From: Octopus vulgaris
Lineage: Eukaryota
Direction of reading: 5' to 3'
DNA length: 64,000 nt
NCBI GenBank assembly: GCA_951406725.2
Contig: OX597814.1
Span: 167,090,001-167,154,000, forward strand
Part shown: positions 1 to 12,125 of the stretch, piece after piece
Layout: each line of letters begins with the position of its first letter
Position numbering within the stretch: position 1 is the first letter of the stretch
Notes under the pieces: model-generated
What the model was told of the DNA's origin: nothing
Database searches by the model: none
Seen by the model: the letters and a program-made list of their open reading frames with translations, nothing else
Program-made: the position numbers and the translations under genes

Positions 1-532
1 CGATGCTGGGGGGGGACAAACACAGACACGACATGTGTAAAAGATTCGAGCGAGGTCTTTGCCAGTACCGCCTGACTGGTCCCGTGCCGGTGGCACGTAA
101 AAGCATCCACTACACTCTCAGAGTGGTTGGCTTTAGGAAGGGCATCCAACTGTAGAAACTGCCAGATCAAGACTGAAGCCTGGTGCAGCCATCTGGTTCA
201 CTAGCCCTCAGTCAAATCGTTCAACCCATGCTAGCATGGAAAGCGGACGTTAAACGATGATGATGATGATACGACAGGCTTCTTTCAGTTTCCGTCTACC
301 AAATCCACTCAAAAGGCTTTGGTCGGCCTGAAGCTATAGTAGAAGACACTTGCCCATGGTGCTACGCAGTGGGACTGAATCCAGAACCATGTTGTTTGTA
401 AGCAAGCTACTTACCACACAGCCACTCTTATGCCTATACACAGCCACTCCTACGCCTATATGTAAATTTATGATGTAAAAAGTGTTCCATTTCCAGAGAT
501 CTTATTTTTTTCCCTTATAAAAAATAAATTAT

Positions 533-1125
533 CATCATCATTTAACATCCATTGTCCATGCTGGCATGGGCTGGACAATTTGGCCAGATCTGGCAAGCCA
601 GGAGCTGCACCAGATTCCAGTCTGATTTGGCATGGTTTCTACAGCTGGATGCCCTTCTTAATGCCAACCACTTTACAGAGTGTGTTGGGGTGCATTTACA
701 TGGCACCACACAGGCACTTTTATGAGGCACTGCCATGAGTGCTTTTCACCACCAGAGGGACAAATCTCAACATTTCTGCTGCGGAATACGGGTGCCAAGG
801 TTCTCGGTCCTCAGTCATCTCACCTGAAAGGTTCAACATCTTGAAGTCATTGTTCAGTACTTCATCCTATGTCTTCCTGAGTCTCCCACTTCTATGTGTT
901 CTATCTACTTTGAGAGACTGGTACCCATTTGAATCACAAAACCAAACCAGCATAGTCTTCTCTCTTGTACACAACAACTAACTCCTCATGCCTAACTTCT
1001 CTCTCAAAACACTAGCACTCTGTCGAACATGTGCACTTACATTACACATCCAGCAGAGCATACTAGCCTCATTCCTTTCTAACCTTTGCATGTCCTCTGC
1101 ATTCAGGGCCCACATCTCACACGTT
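533..1125 (-). mobile_element. RTE LINE 3' fragment (decayed)
   Basis: CEMWALNAEDMQRLERNEASMLCWMCNVS..LREKL and tail homology. Confidence 0.75.
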
Positions 1126-1616
1126 TCTATTTTATCCAACATTACAATAATGTAAAATACCTTACAAAATGATAAAATGTCACAAGTTTTTAAATTAACA
1201 ACAGGGGCAATGGAAGCCAAAGAGAATAGGGGTTACTAACAAAAAAAAACACACAGACAGAGCAGTCAAAAAGAGATAAACTTTTTGATCCAACAAAAAC
1301 AATGAATAAAAGGCAGAGAGAATTGAATATAGTAGATGGCAGCCATTACAAGTAGGAAGTAAAAACAAAAATATACATGCACTTTGTAACCTTCACTGAA
1401 ATTTCAGTTACTGCTTTCAGAGTAACACTCATAACACCAATCAATTCAGTCATGTCTTATATTGGACAGTCAATCATAATCAAAACCTGCCAGTCTACCA
1501 AGTTTGTGATTTTTTCATTTATAGTGACCAAGCAATTGTGTATGTGTATACAGTCCTGTTCAAAAGATATTTATTACTATCTAGTCCAAAGGTAAAGAAA
1601 CAAACAAGTCCATAAC

Positions 1617-1721
1617 CTGTTTAGGATCACCCATATTGATAGAATCGATACAGCTCAACTTGAACTTGTGCAGGTTGCAGCTGGCTGCAATACTAGCAGG
1701 AAGTTTCACAGAATTATTGTT
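1617..1721 (-). CDS. Candidate exon of an unidentified gene; ATG at 1634 gives MGDPKQ; gene continues beyond the window start
   Basis: Acceptor CCTTCATCTTCAG, good Kozak context AATATGG, donor CAG|GTTATG; the whole 105-nt exon is also open in this frame. No recognisable domain. Confidence 0.4.
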
Positions 1722-1934
1722 CTGAAGATGAAGGATTGGTAAAGCTATTTAGCATGCCCCTTGGTGGGAAAAACAAAGTAAGAATGACAAAATGTGAAGG
1801 GTTCAAGTATAGGATGAACTTAGATAAGGAAGGGATGCAGCTTACAACTTCAGAGGATCAGTGCTGGTGAGTGAGGGTTTTGCCATCCAGTCAGATGATC
1901 CATTACTGAACAAGATCTAGAATGTGCATGTGTG

Positions 1935-1980
<46 letters not shown>

Positions 1981-1983
<3 letters not shown>

Positions 1984-2540
1984 GGGCAAAGGAAAGTGAT
2001 TGCGTCACTCATAGCCTCTCCTCTCCAGGTGTAATGATCGCTGCAGAACTTCTACTTGGCTGCGCCTTGTGGAAAGTTCTTGCTAATGGCCTCTCCTGCA
2101 CTACTGTGTCCACAGCAGCACCTTCACGCGGTACCCCTGTTCTCACTGAGCCTGCTGTGTGGCGTGACCGGGTGCTTGGCGGTATAACCAGGTGGGCAGA
2201 CTGGGCTCGTTAGCCTTGGTTGGCAGCCAGTCTAGGAGAAGGAAAACTCTGACTCCAAACCCTCGCTCCGCTGCCTTGCGGATGCTCTTGGGAGAGGGAA
2301 AGGCTATGGAGTAAACCCAGACAGAAAATCCGGAGTGGAGCCCCGAAGGCGGTAGGGTGTCGAATCTCGACCCCTTTCCGGCAACTCCTGCAGCCAACCA
2401 GACTCCAAACGTACTGCACTGCATTCCTTTGGATTATGTCTGTGGGGCCGAGAGGGAGATTCTGGTGTCTGGGCAGCCCAGTGTCTTCGTTTCTACCGCC
2501 CAGGCTTGCGCCATGGAGAAACTACTCCATCGATGGATGA
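1981..2540 (+). mobile_element. GC-rich insert in a (TA)n tract resembling an RTE-clade LINE 5'UTR, with an HDV/CPEB3-like fold
   Basis: (TA)n on both sides; several hairpins; motif TAGCCTTGGTTGGCAGCCAGTCTAGGAGAAGGAAAACTCTGA, which I recall from RTE 5'UTRs (not searched). Confidence 0.55.
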
Positions 2541-5500
2541 TATATATATATATATAGTAGATCCACCACCCAGATATGTAAATAATACCATACAAATAGT
2601 ATTTTGACCTTTGTTTAGTCAACAACAGTTTACAGTTACTTAAGTATTTTCTAGCACTGTAAAATTTAAACCTAGCCCCTGGGAATTGTTCTGCTTATGT
2701 TATACAAGTCTTATTTGATTTAGAGCTTTAACATCTAGATTTCAAAGATTTAGACATTTTCAAAAAAATGCAGAATTTTTGTAAATTATTGGACACTGTT
2801 AAACATTATTTAGCAAATTTGAGGAATGTCATTTATGTGTAAAAAATTATGATTATGCTAATGCTGGATGTTAAAACATTTTTAGAATGTTGGTGCCACA
2901 TAAAAAGCACTGGTGCAGTTGCCATGTAAGAAGCACCGAGTACAGTCTGTAAAGCAGTTGGCATTAGGAAGGGCATCCTGCCATAGAAATCAAACCAAAA
3001 CAGACTTTGGAACCTAGTGCACCTCCTGTCAAACCATATAACCCATGCCAGCATGGAAAACAGACAAATGATGATGATGGCAGCAAAAAGGAGAAAGTTA
3101 ATGGAAAGCAAGCTCTGAAGAATTACAATGAACATATCTTGAGATCCGGAAGACTACAAAAATCTATATATCTATCTGAGACATAAACACATAATCAATA
3201 GCACTGTCCAAACACTGGTCCATTTTTTGGACCTTTCTCTGCATCCTCTACAACCTGTAAACTAATAACTGTGTCAAAAATACATTCACTTTGTGTAACC
3301 ATCTCTTTTACTATCATTAATTTATTAAGTTTCACTTCACAAGCTCCATGTTAAATACTTCATCCACATCCTTCTTAAAACTGCATCTCATCTAGCTACA
3401 GATTTCCCTTCAATGACCAGCCTACTTAAAATGTAATTCTACAACTAATGAACTAATCTCACTATTAAGTTATTCTCATCCTTAAGTCTTTGAGATCCTA
3501 AAAAGGACACAGGTATTGACATCTTTTCCTGTTTTCTTTTTTTTTTTATTAATTTTTACTGTTTTAAATCTGAATCCCCATGCTAACAGAAATAATGGTT
3601 TTGTGAAATTAGATATTTTCCTCTTGTATAAGCAATTCTTTTCACAAATGTCTGGTGTTGACCATTTAGCTATGACTTAGGGGTAACTGAGTCAAATTTG
3701 GATTAAGGTCAAACACAGTGGTCATAGCAAAATTTAAATACATGACCATGCAGTTTGTAGCCCATGATCAACCTCACAGCTATTGTGCTCCCAAAAGAGA
3801 CAAAAATCAATGCCTGTATTAAAATACTGATGAACACCCAAGTTAAAATTAGGGAACATTTAACTTAAATGTATGCCTTTAGCGTCATCATTTCTAGTTT
3901 TCCTCTAATATGTTTAAAACATTGAAGTATTGAATGTGATTTTACTACAGGTAAATTGACTCTTCAAATTCACTTATTCATACCATACTAGAAATGGATT
4001 TTATTCTTTCCTTTTCAAGCCATTATCTCTTCTTTATTCTACTAAATTATCACAATGAAGAAGCATTTACTTTTCAGTGAAATAAACAATGACAAATCTA
4101 GTAATATGCTATACTTTTCCATTATTAAGACCATAGCATTATACTGAATATTCTCTAACCCTTTTGTTACAATATTTCTGTTGAAATACATTGCTTTTGT
4201 TTCAATTAATTTTGAAAATAATGAATTTAGAAAAAATAAAATTGTCGTTATTTAGCTGGTATTTAGAACATGACAAGAAATGATGGCTTAAAAACATGTA
4301 GTTTGTACTAGAGCAACAAGGATAGTATCCAATAAGTAGGTATCAAAAGGGATTAAAAATCTTCATCGGTACAGGTAATTAAAGATTAAATATGCTAAAT
4401 TTTCAAGCCAACTTATGTACAATATTCTTCAACTATTTCACAATTTTCTTTTTTGTTTCAACAACCATGGCAATGTTTTACTGGGAGAGTTTTCTCCCAT
4501 ACTTGCCAAAATTATTAAAGCAATAATAATCACTGTCTTGATGTTATCTTTTCACTGCATAATCAATTCTAATTAGGTTTTTGACACTGCTACATTAACA
4601 TTAGAAGTAAAACTAAGTGCTAAGCAAGGGCACTATATTCTTCAATCTCTGTTAGCAATTTAACTTTTTTTATACTTCCAGTCTTAAATACCAATTTAAT
4701 AATTACAAAGTTACTTTACTAAATTCATTATTTTCCAAATAAACTAAAACAAAGATAAAGTATTTCAACAGAAATATGGTAACTAAAAGGCTTGGATTTC
4801 ACTTAAGGTATGTGACAACATGTCACAACAGAAATATTTTCCAAATTTTAAATATTTTAATGGCATTTTGAGGATCACAATCATTCCTATAAACTACTGA
4901 TAAATTCCTTCTTTCTACATTCTAACCAAAATTTTATTTAAAACCATTTGACTAATAACATTTTAGTCTTCAGTAGGAAAAAAAGGACTAAACATAAATG
5001 TAAATTTTGTTTTTAAAATCTCTATATTAATGAACAATTTCGATGTTTTACAAACAAAACAAAATACTGATCACTGCTAAATATCGTAAAGTCCCTTTAA
5101 AAGAAAAGTCACAACATGATTTTGTTTGATTCAGAGCTGGGGTGGGAATGTCATTTTAACATCGTTTATATTACTGTTCTTGGCAAAAGCATGTCAATCA
5201 CAACAACTCCTGTCTGACTAAAATGCAAAGAATGCAAGAAAGTTACGTGCAAATGTCTTTCCATAAGAGTATCCAATGTCAAGTAAACAGCTCTTCCGAT
5301 ATCAAATGTTGATGGAACAGAGCAAAGACAATCTCTCTTATTTTCCCTAGGCCATAGTTACACCCATGTCTACACTACCCAAAGTGTCCTCCTTTCAAAT
5401 CGAGAGGGTGGGATTTGAGGAAGACTTAGCTGCTACTTCTCCCAGGTCGAACGATTGTACAGAGAGGATCCCTCGTTCACTCGTCTACAAAGAATGTAAA

Positions 5501-5789
5501 TCTGTGGAAAATGTTTGTACATACAGCTCGGTACCACATCGAAAAGTTACGTTCAAAAAACAACAAAACCTTAAATACTTCAAACATATACTAAAGTAGC
5601 TAATTTGACTTAATGTAGCCAAGTCGGTAAAGTTAGTTAAGCTTATCATCAAAGTTTAACTGTAATCATTATAATGTTGTTCATATAACTAGAACATAGA
5701 TATTTAATAGTCTAAAGCTGTAACTTATCTGATACAGTTACTGCTTGCTAGGCATAAAATCTCTAAAATACGCACCGTTTAGAAATTAT

Positions 5790-5850
<61 letters not shown>

Positions 5851-5916
5851 GGTCCCGGGTTGATTCGGGGTTAACCACAGTAAATAAGGTACTCAATACA
5901 TAGCAGAGTAAAATTA

Positions 5917-6057
5917 ATTTATTATATAGAAGGAGCTTCTACAGGACTAGAACTGTTTCATTCAAGAGAAATCTTCAGGAAGCTCCTGAAGCTTCCTGAA
6001 GATTTCTCTTGAATGAAACAGTTCTAGTCCTGTAGAAGCTCCTTCTATATAATAAAT
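5917..6057. ncRNA. Perfect 68-bp palindrome made of two opposed hammerhead ribozyme motifs
   Basis: Arms 5917-5984 and 5990-6057 are exact reverse complements. Each reads AGCTTC-CTGAAGA-tTTC TCTT GAAt-GAAA-CAG ttctagtc CTG-TA-GAAGCT on its own strand. Confidence 0.75.
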
Positions 6058-7929
6058 ATATATATATATATATATATAGGATTGATGGGACAAACAGGAT
6101 GATTGGAACTCAATACATGCATCTAAATAATAATTATTATTTTTGATTGGCAGAAAATTACTGAAGTAATTCATGGACCGAGAATTTCGTGTGTCGGACT
6201 TGTGAAAACTTTCGTCCCTTGATTCAATTACATAACTTTCTGCCGATTAGAATTAATAACAATAATAATATACAAGTATAGGTATGTCTATAGATTTTAC
6301 ATAAAATCGTGAAAATGGCTGAACTATTTCAATTTTGCAACAGATGCAAATATTTGAAATACACGTACTATACATGTTTTTTTTTTTTGTTTGTTTTTGT
6401 TAAGGATAAACAACCGAGTGAATAGCTGAGTGAACATGGGTGAGGAAACGGAAAATCCAGTAGATATAGGCTCAATACCAAAATTTCTTGTAGTGCAGTT
6501 AACACTAGTCGTCTCCTCCCTTAACCGTGTTTACACTTTAGGGGATCTAAATTTACGGACTTATCCAACTCAAACATGGATCTCAGCATACGTATATCAG
6601 ACCATAACAAAATACCACCCCACAAAAAACAAAAAAAAAAAGAAAGAAAAAAGAGCGAGAAAAAAATCATAAATCTGTACCAGAAAATAACCATGGCCAA
6701 CAACAAGATCGACAATTTCCGATAACCGAAGATTTGTAAGATTACAAGATCATCGACCTAAACTTACTGATTTGTCAAATATATCGTACAAAAGGGGGTT
6801 TGAATTCAGTCTCTAGTCTGTCAAAAAGCGGTGGTACATAATAAATAGCTAATGAGATTTTAAAGGTATGTTACATATATGTATTTATTAACGGAGAAAT
6901 TATTAAATAACACATATTATAAAATGAAAATGCGATTAAGGTGTAAATTATCGAGTAACTCGATCCATTTATTGCGAATCGAATCACGAATAACATAAGA
7001 ATCAAGTTCATAAATTTCAAGTCAACTTTGTTACGAAGCTGACGTGGTGAGACCAAGTCCAACAAATTATGATGAAAGATTATTTCTTCTTATTCAATTG
7101 TATACAAGTGGATCTACTCCATAATTTTTGCTAGTTTTTATGGGACTCCCTAAAATTTCTCAAAATAGTTCATTTTTATTTGTAGATAAGGTAAAAGAAA
7201 CACTGTAAAACAAATATATTAGCTATTTGTTAGTAAAATCAGTAATTATCTTGTTTACTTGTCATTCCCCTCGCTATACAAAAATTAGAACTGTATGAAC
7301 TAAAGACAATATTATAACATAGAAGTAATCAGTAAGAACAAAAATGATTTGTAGGTGAGAGATAAGAAATGAGAGGAAAATTAGCACATAAACAAGTTCT
7401 ATTTTTCTCTTGGAAATACCAACAAGTCGCCATATCAACCTAGTGTTAGAAAACAGACAATTTCAATCGGAATTAATGGTCATTATCATTTGGAACAAAA
7501 ATTAATGATGTTCCGTTTTGTAGGTTGTCACGTAAGTTATTTCATCAACTACACTTGGAAATGTCAATCATTGACAAACTAGGTAAATTTTTTTTTAATA
7601 TTTTAATTATGAAATAACCAATAAGGGAGAATACGAAGAATTTAATGGCACAGTGTTTAATAGATGTGGGTACATCAAACGTTTTTCCGAAACTTATACG
7701 GGGAGAATTTACATTAAACACCATAGATGTCTTATCAATAAATGTAAAAGAAAATAATAAAATAAAACAAAATACAAACGTGTAATGAGGTATTCCCAAA
7801 TGGAGAAAAAAAAATGGACAGTTTAAGAGATTGGTAGAGTTTACTTCAGCTGTCTCACCTCAACTTAATAAGGGATCTAAGACAAGAGTATCATCATTAT
7901 GGGATAAGGGAACTCGAAGTAAGGAGATT

Positions 7930-8300
7930 ACTTACTGCGAATGAACTTCGGGCGCCGTCGTGGGTACAAATACGGACCGGTTAGTTAAAAATTCACTGTG
8001 AAGTTCTCAGAAGCACCAGAGGGTGTCTCCGTCAACCAGTTGGCTCGCCTATCGGTTCCAAAGCTTACGTGGTGAAAGTAGGAGTGGGACACGCCGGAAC
8101 CTTGTTTTTGCGGTTGCACATGCGCGATGCAGACGACGTGGCACTACTTCCTCCCCACTTACCAGATTCCGGCATGCATTGCCAACAGCTGGCTGCTACC
8201 GGTGCTGGGTGTGTGTGTGTGCGTCAGCAACATTGCTTCCGTTTTCCAAAACCTATTATTAAACACGAACAGCCACCGCCCTCTCATAAAACGACTCTAA
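7930..8300 (-). promoter_or_regulatory. CpG-rich promoter / 5' exon region of a second minus-strand gene
   Basis: Local GC and CpG enrichment in an AT-rich background; ETS-like CCGGAA/CGGAAG (about 8094, 8167, 8237); NRF1-like GCGCATGTGC (8116-8125); minus-strand donors GTAAGT at 7935 and 8162 and GTAAGC at 8068. Confidence 0.55.
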
Positions 8301-9675
8301 ATAAAGAATAACAGAGAGAAATCTGAATTTTGATTCCAGGCAGTTGTTATAGGCCCAAGCGATACAGATATCTTTGGTTATCCAAAAAGATATTCGGTTT
8401 ACATCTTGATTTAGAAATGTCTAATACTAAAGTTGAGTGGAACTGAAATTCCATCTCTGACGTAGGAAATCTAATAACTGGTGATATAAAGTTTTATTAA
8501 ATTATGCTAAAATCACTTCTGAAGGTTTTCAAATTATGCAACGACACGATCTTTTTTTTTGGTGAAAGTATTTGTATCTGCTTCCATTCAACTTGTATGT
8601 ACAACAGGGGTCTGGGGTATACCTATACACTTGTGTCCCCATTATCACCATGACTTTGTTTCCTCCTAACTTGCAGAAACATGGATATTTTCTATAAGTA
8701 CCTTTCAGATGATATAGATTCTGATTACATCGGAATTTAATGTGGACAGACAAAAAGAAATTATGGGCGCGCCCACATACTGACACGCATCACATAATAA
8801 ATCTACAAAATTAAACATGAAATTTTGAAAAAATAATGCGATCTATAATTATATATGTGTGCACTACTACCATTTTTTTTTCTTCTTTTTTCACATTAAA
8901 TTCCGATATCGTAATTTACACCGTCTGAAACGAATTTGTAGAAAATTTTTTTTGAAAGTTATGAGGAAACAAAGTCGGGATGGAGGCACATTCATGTAGT
9001 TATGCCAGAGTCAGGAATCCTTGCTTCTTTAGAGATATTTTTGTGTATTTCAAAAAATATTAATCATGCTGACGAGTTGTAATATGCTTTTACTAAAACT
9101 ATTTAGTCCTAGTGAGTTCTCTTAACCAGAACGTTTGAGAATTTTTAAAACTTGAGGCCTTAAAGAGAGAAAAGGTGCTTCCTTTTTTTTTTACATAACT
9201 AATTTGGTGGGTATTTCTTTAAACGATTTTTCCAAAACTATAAATTGTATAAATTCTAATGCAAGGAAATTTTGTTGAATGCCCCAGATCAGATATTCAG
9301 ATATATGTTATTTTATTTTATTTTATTTTATTTATTTATTATTTTTCAAATAGTGTAGTCCCCGTTTGGAATGAACTTCCAGAACATCTACTAATAACAA
9401 AAGTTTGTTTTTTTTTTCCATAAGGACTTAAATAATATAAAATACAAGGTAATTTTCCCAAGAGTTGGCTTCTCGAAGGCAAATAATGGTTGTCTTTTCT
9501 TTTGATGTATGGATATCTTGTTACAATTATGCTTGATTTAAATACAATGTAAAATATATTTTATTCAGTTTTTCTGTGCTATTAATCACTTGACAAATGT
9601 GAGCAGGAGATTCTGATTATATTGAAATTTGATAGGGACAAAAAATAGTGGACGCATGCACCAACTGACATGCAT

Positions 9676-9716
<41 letters not shown>

Positions 9717-11071
9717 TCATCATCGTTTAACGTCCGCTTTTCATGCTAGCATGGGTTGGACGATTTGATTGAGAGCTGGCGAACCAGATGGCTGCACCAG
9801 GCTTCAATCTTGATCTGGCAGAGCTTCTACAGCTGGATGCCCTTTCTAACGCCAACCACTCCGACAGTGTAGTGGGTGCTTTTATGTGCCAGTTAGGCGA
9901 TACTGGCAACAACCTCACTCGAATCTTTTACACATGCCACTGGCACAGGTGCCAGTAAGGCGATGCTGGTAACAATCACACTCGAATGGTGCCTCTTACG
10001 TGTCACCGGCACGGAGGCCAGATAGCCGCTCTAGCAACAATTACGCTCGAATATATATATATATAGGAAGAGTTCACGAAAAAATAAAAGATAAAGATAG
10101 GTGGTATAGAAAGCAAACAGATGTATTAGTATAATGCTCAGTAATTGAAAAAGTCTTTTACGTTTTGAGCCTACACTCTTCTACAGAAAGGGACACAGAA
10201 AAAAACAAGGAGAGAAAAAAAAATGTGTGTAGTGGCTACCAATCTATCATGGCGACTCATATATATATGTATATCTACAAAATTAAACGTGAAATTATGA
10301 AAAAATTATGTAATGTGTCAGTATATATGTGTGAGCCTAGCATTTTTTTTCTTCTTTTTTTACATTAAATTCTGATATAATCTACATGATTAGAAAAGTA
10401 TTTGTAGAAAATTTCATAAAATAAAATATGAATATTTTGTGCAAGTTATGAGGGAAAAGAGTTGGGGTGGAGGCCCAAGGTGCAATGCAGTGAGACTGAA
10501 CCCAAACCCATAAGATATTTTTGTAATTGTTTTAATCATGATTTTCAGTGACTGAATACACCACCACCACAAAATTTCAGGCCTTGATGCACATTAGAAA
10601 CTGGATTGGCAGAATTATTAGAGCCTTGGACAAATGTTTCACAGTATTTGTCCCATCTCCGAACATTTTGAATTCAGATCCTGCCTTTCATTTTTTTCAG
10701 GGTAGATAAAATAAAGTGCCTATCTAATGCATTAAGGTCAAAGGTATTATCTGATCTCTCCCACCAAAACTGCTGGCCTTGTACCCACCTGTTATTAATA
10801 ACTATGAAAATGCAAACCATGAAAATAAAAACAACACACCTGTCAATGACGTCAATGTAATGATGACATCACCAGCATTAACACTAGAATAATAGTGAAA
10901 ACATTGCAACAAACAAATCCACTAGAAGCAGTTTTTCTGACATGATATGGTCAATATCTTTAAGCATTTTAGAAAATGTCCATCAAGAGACCAATTGAAA
11001 AATTATCATATATAGATGTAATGGAGTGAGAAGCAGAAAAATGGAACAACCAAAGTAGCAACAAAATATAT

Positions 11072-11300
11072 TTCTTTACTACTCACAAGGGGCTAAACAC
11101 AGAGGGGACAAACAAAGACAGACAAACGGATTAAGTTGATTACATCGACCCCAGTGCATAACTGGTACTTATTTATCAACCCCGAAAGGATGAAAGGCAA
11201 AGTCAACCTCGACGGAATTTGAACCCATAACTTAACAGCAGACGAAATACGGCTACGCATTTCGCCTGGCGTGCTAACGTTTCTGCCAGCTTGCCGCCTC
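11072..11300 (-). mobile_element. tRNA-derived SINE family 2
   Basis: Minus strand GGCGGCAAGCTGGCAGAAACGTTAGC..GTTCAAATTCC..GCCTTTCATCCTTTCGGGGTTGATAAATAAGTACCAG; the central domain resembles, from memory, the Meta-SINE domain. Copies at 20662-20878, 47430-47660 and degenerate ones at about 10600, 13400, 15460, 22150, 31640, 43595. Confidence 0.8.
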
Positions 11301-11770
11301 AAAATAAAAGTGTCGCAGGTCAAACTGGGGCATCAAAATATTCCTGGGATAGGAGGTGGAAGATTCAGTATAGTAGAGCTGAGAATGAAGCCAGGAAGCA
11401 CTCTATATCACCCCTAAAGAGTGGTGAACTGGGCCATATACCAATCTACTTTAGTTGGTGGGTATCAGTTTTATTTGAAATAGAGGGTAAAAGTACCATA
11501 TTGCAGGTCCACAGACTGTAGAAGAAAAATTATTTGGGTCAAGGGATGGAGTTATTGATCCAGATAGATCAAGAAAATTTGGAAGCTCTTCTAGACTTGC
11601 TTCAAGTTGTCAGGTGCCTTACAATTGTTCATGATGGTCAATAGTGGAAAGCCAAGGTGTCACTTAAGTGGTGACAAAAATCATTAAATTGTTTACTGTC
11701 AACAGCAAGGAAGAGGAAAAGAAAGATCCACTACTGCTATCGATGCTGTCACTACGGCAGCAACAACAGT

Positions 11771-12125
11771 GGAGGCCCAGTGGTTAGGGCAGCGGACTCG
11801 CGGTCAGAGGATCACGGTTTTGATCCCCAGACAGGGCGTTGTGTGTGTTTATTGAGCAAAAACACCTAAAGCTCCACGAGGCTCCAGCAGGGGGAGGGGA
11901 CCCCTGTTGTACTCTTTCGCTCCAACTTTCTCTCACTCTTTCTTCCTGTTTCTTGTCCCCGACTTCCTACGCAACTGCTGAACCTGGATGTGCATTCATC
12001 CATCCATCGATGCTTTCGGTGTCGGGGGTTGACCTGCTTTCTCTTCTGTGGGTCTTATGAATAGCGAAGGACCATGTTTCGGACTTCTCCCACTGCGAGC
12101 TCTGGGACGAAGACCGCTTTGCTCA
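11771..12125 (+). mobile_element. tRNA-derived SINE (third type)
   Basis: GGCCCAGTGGTTAGGGCAGCGGACTCGCGGTC..GGTTTTGATCCCC head; (CAAA)n tail. Confidence 0.65.
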
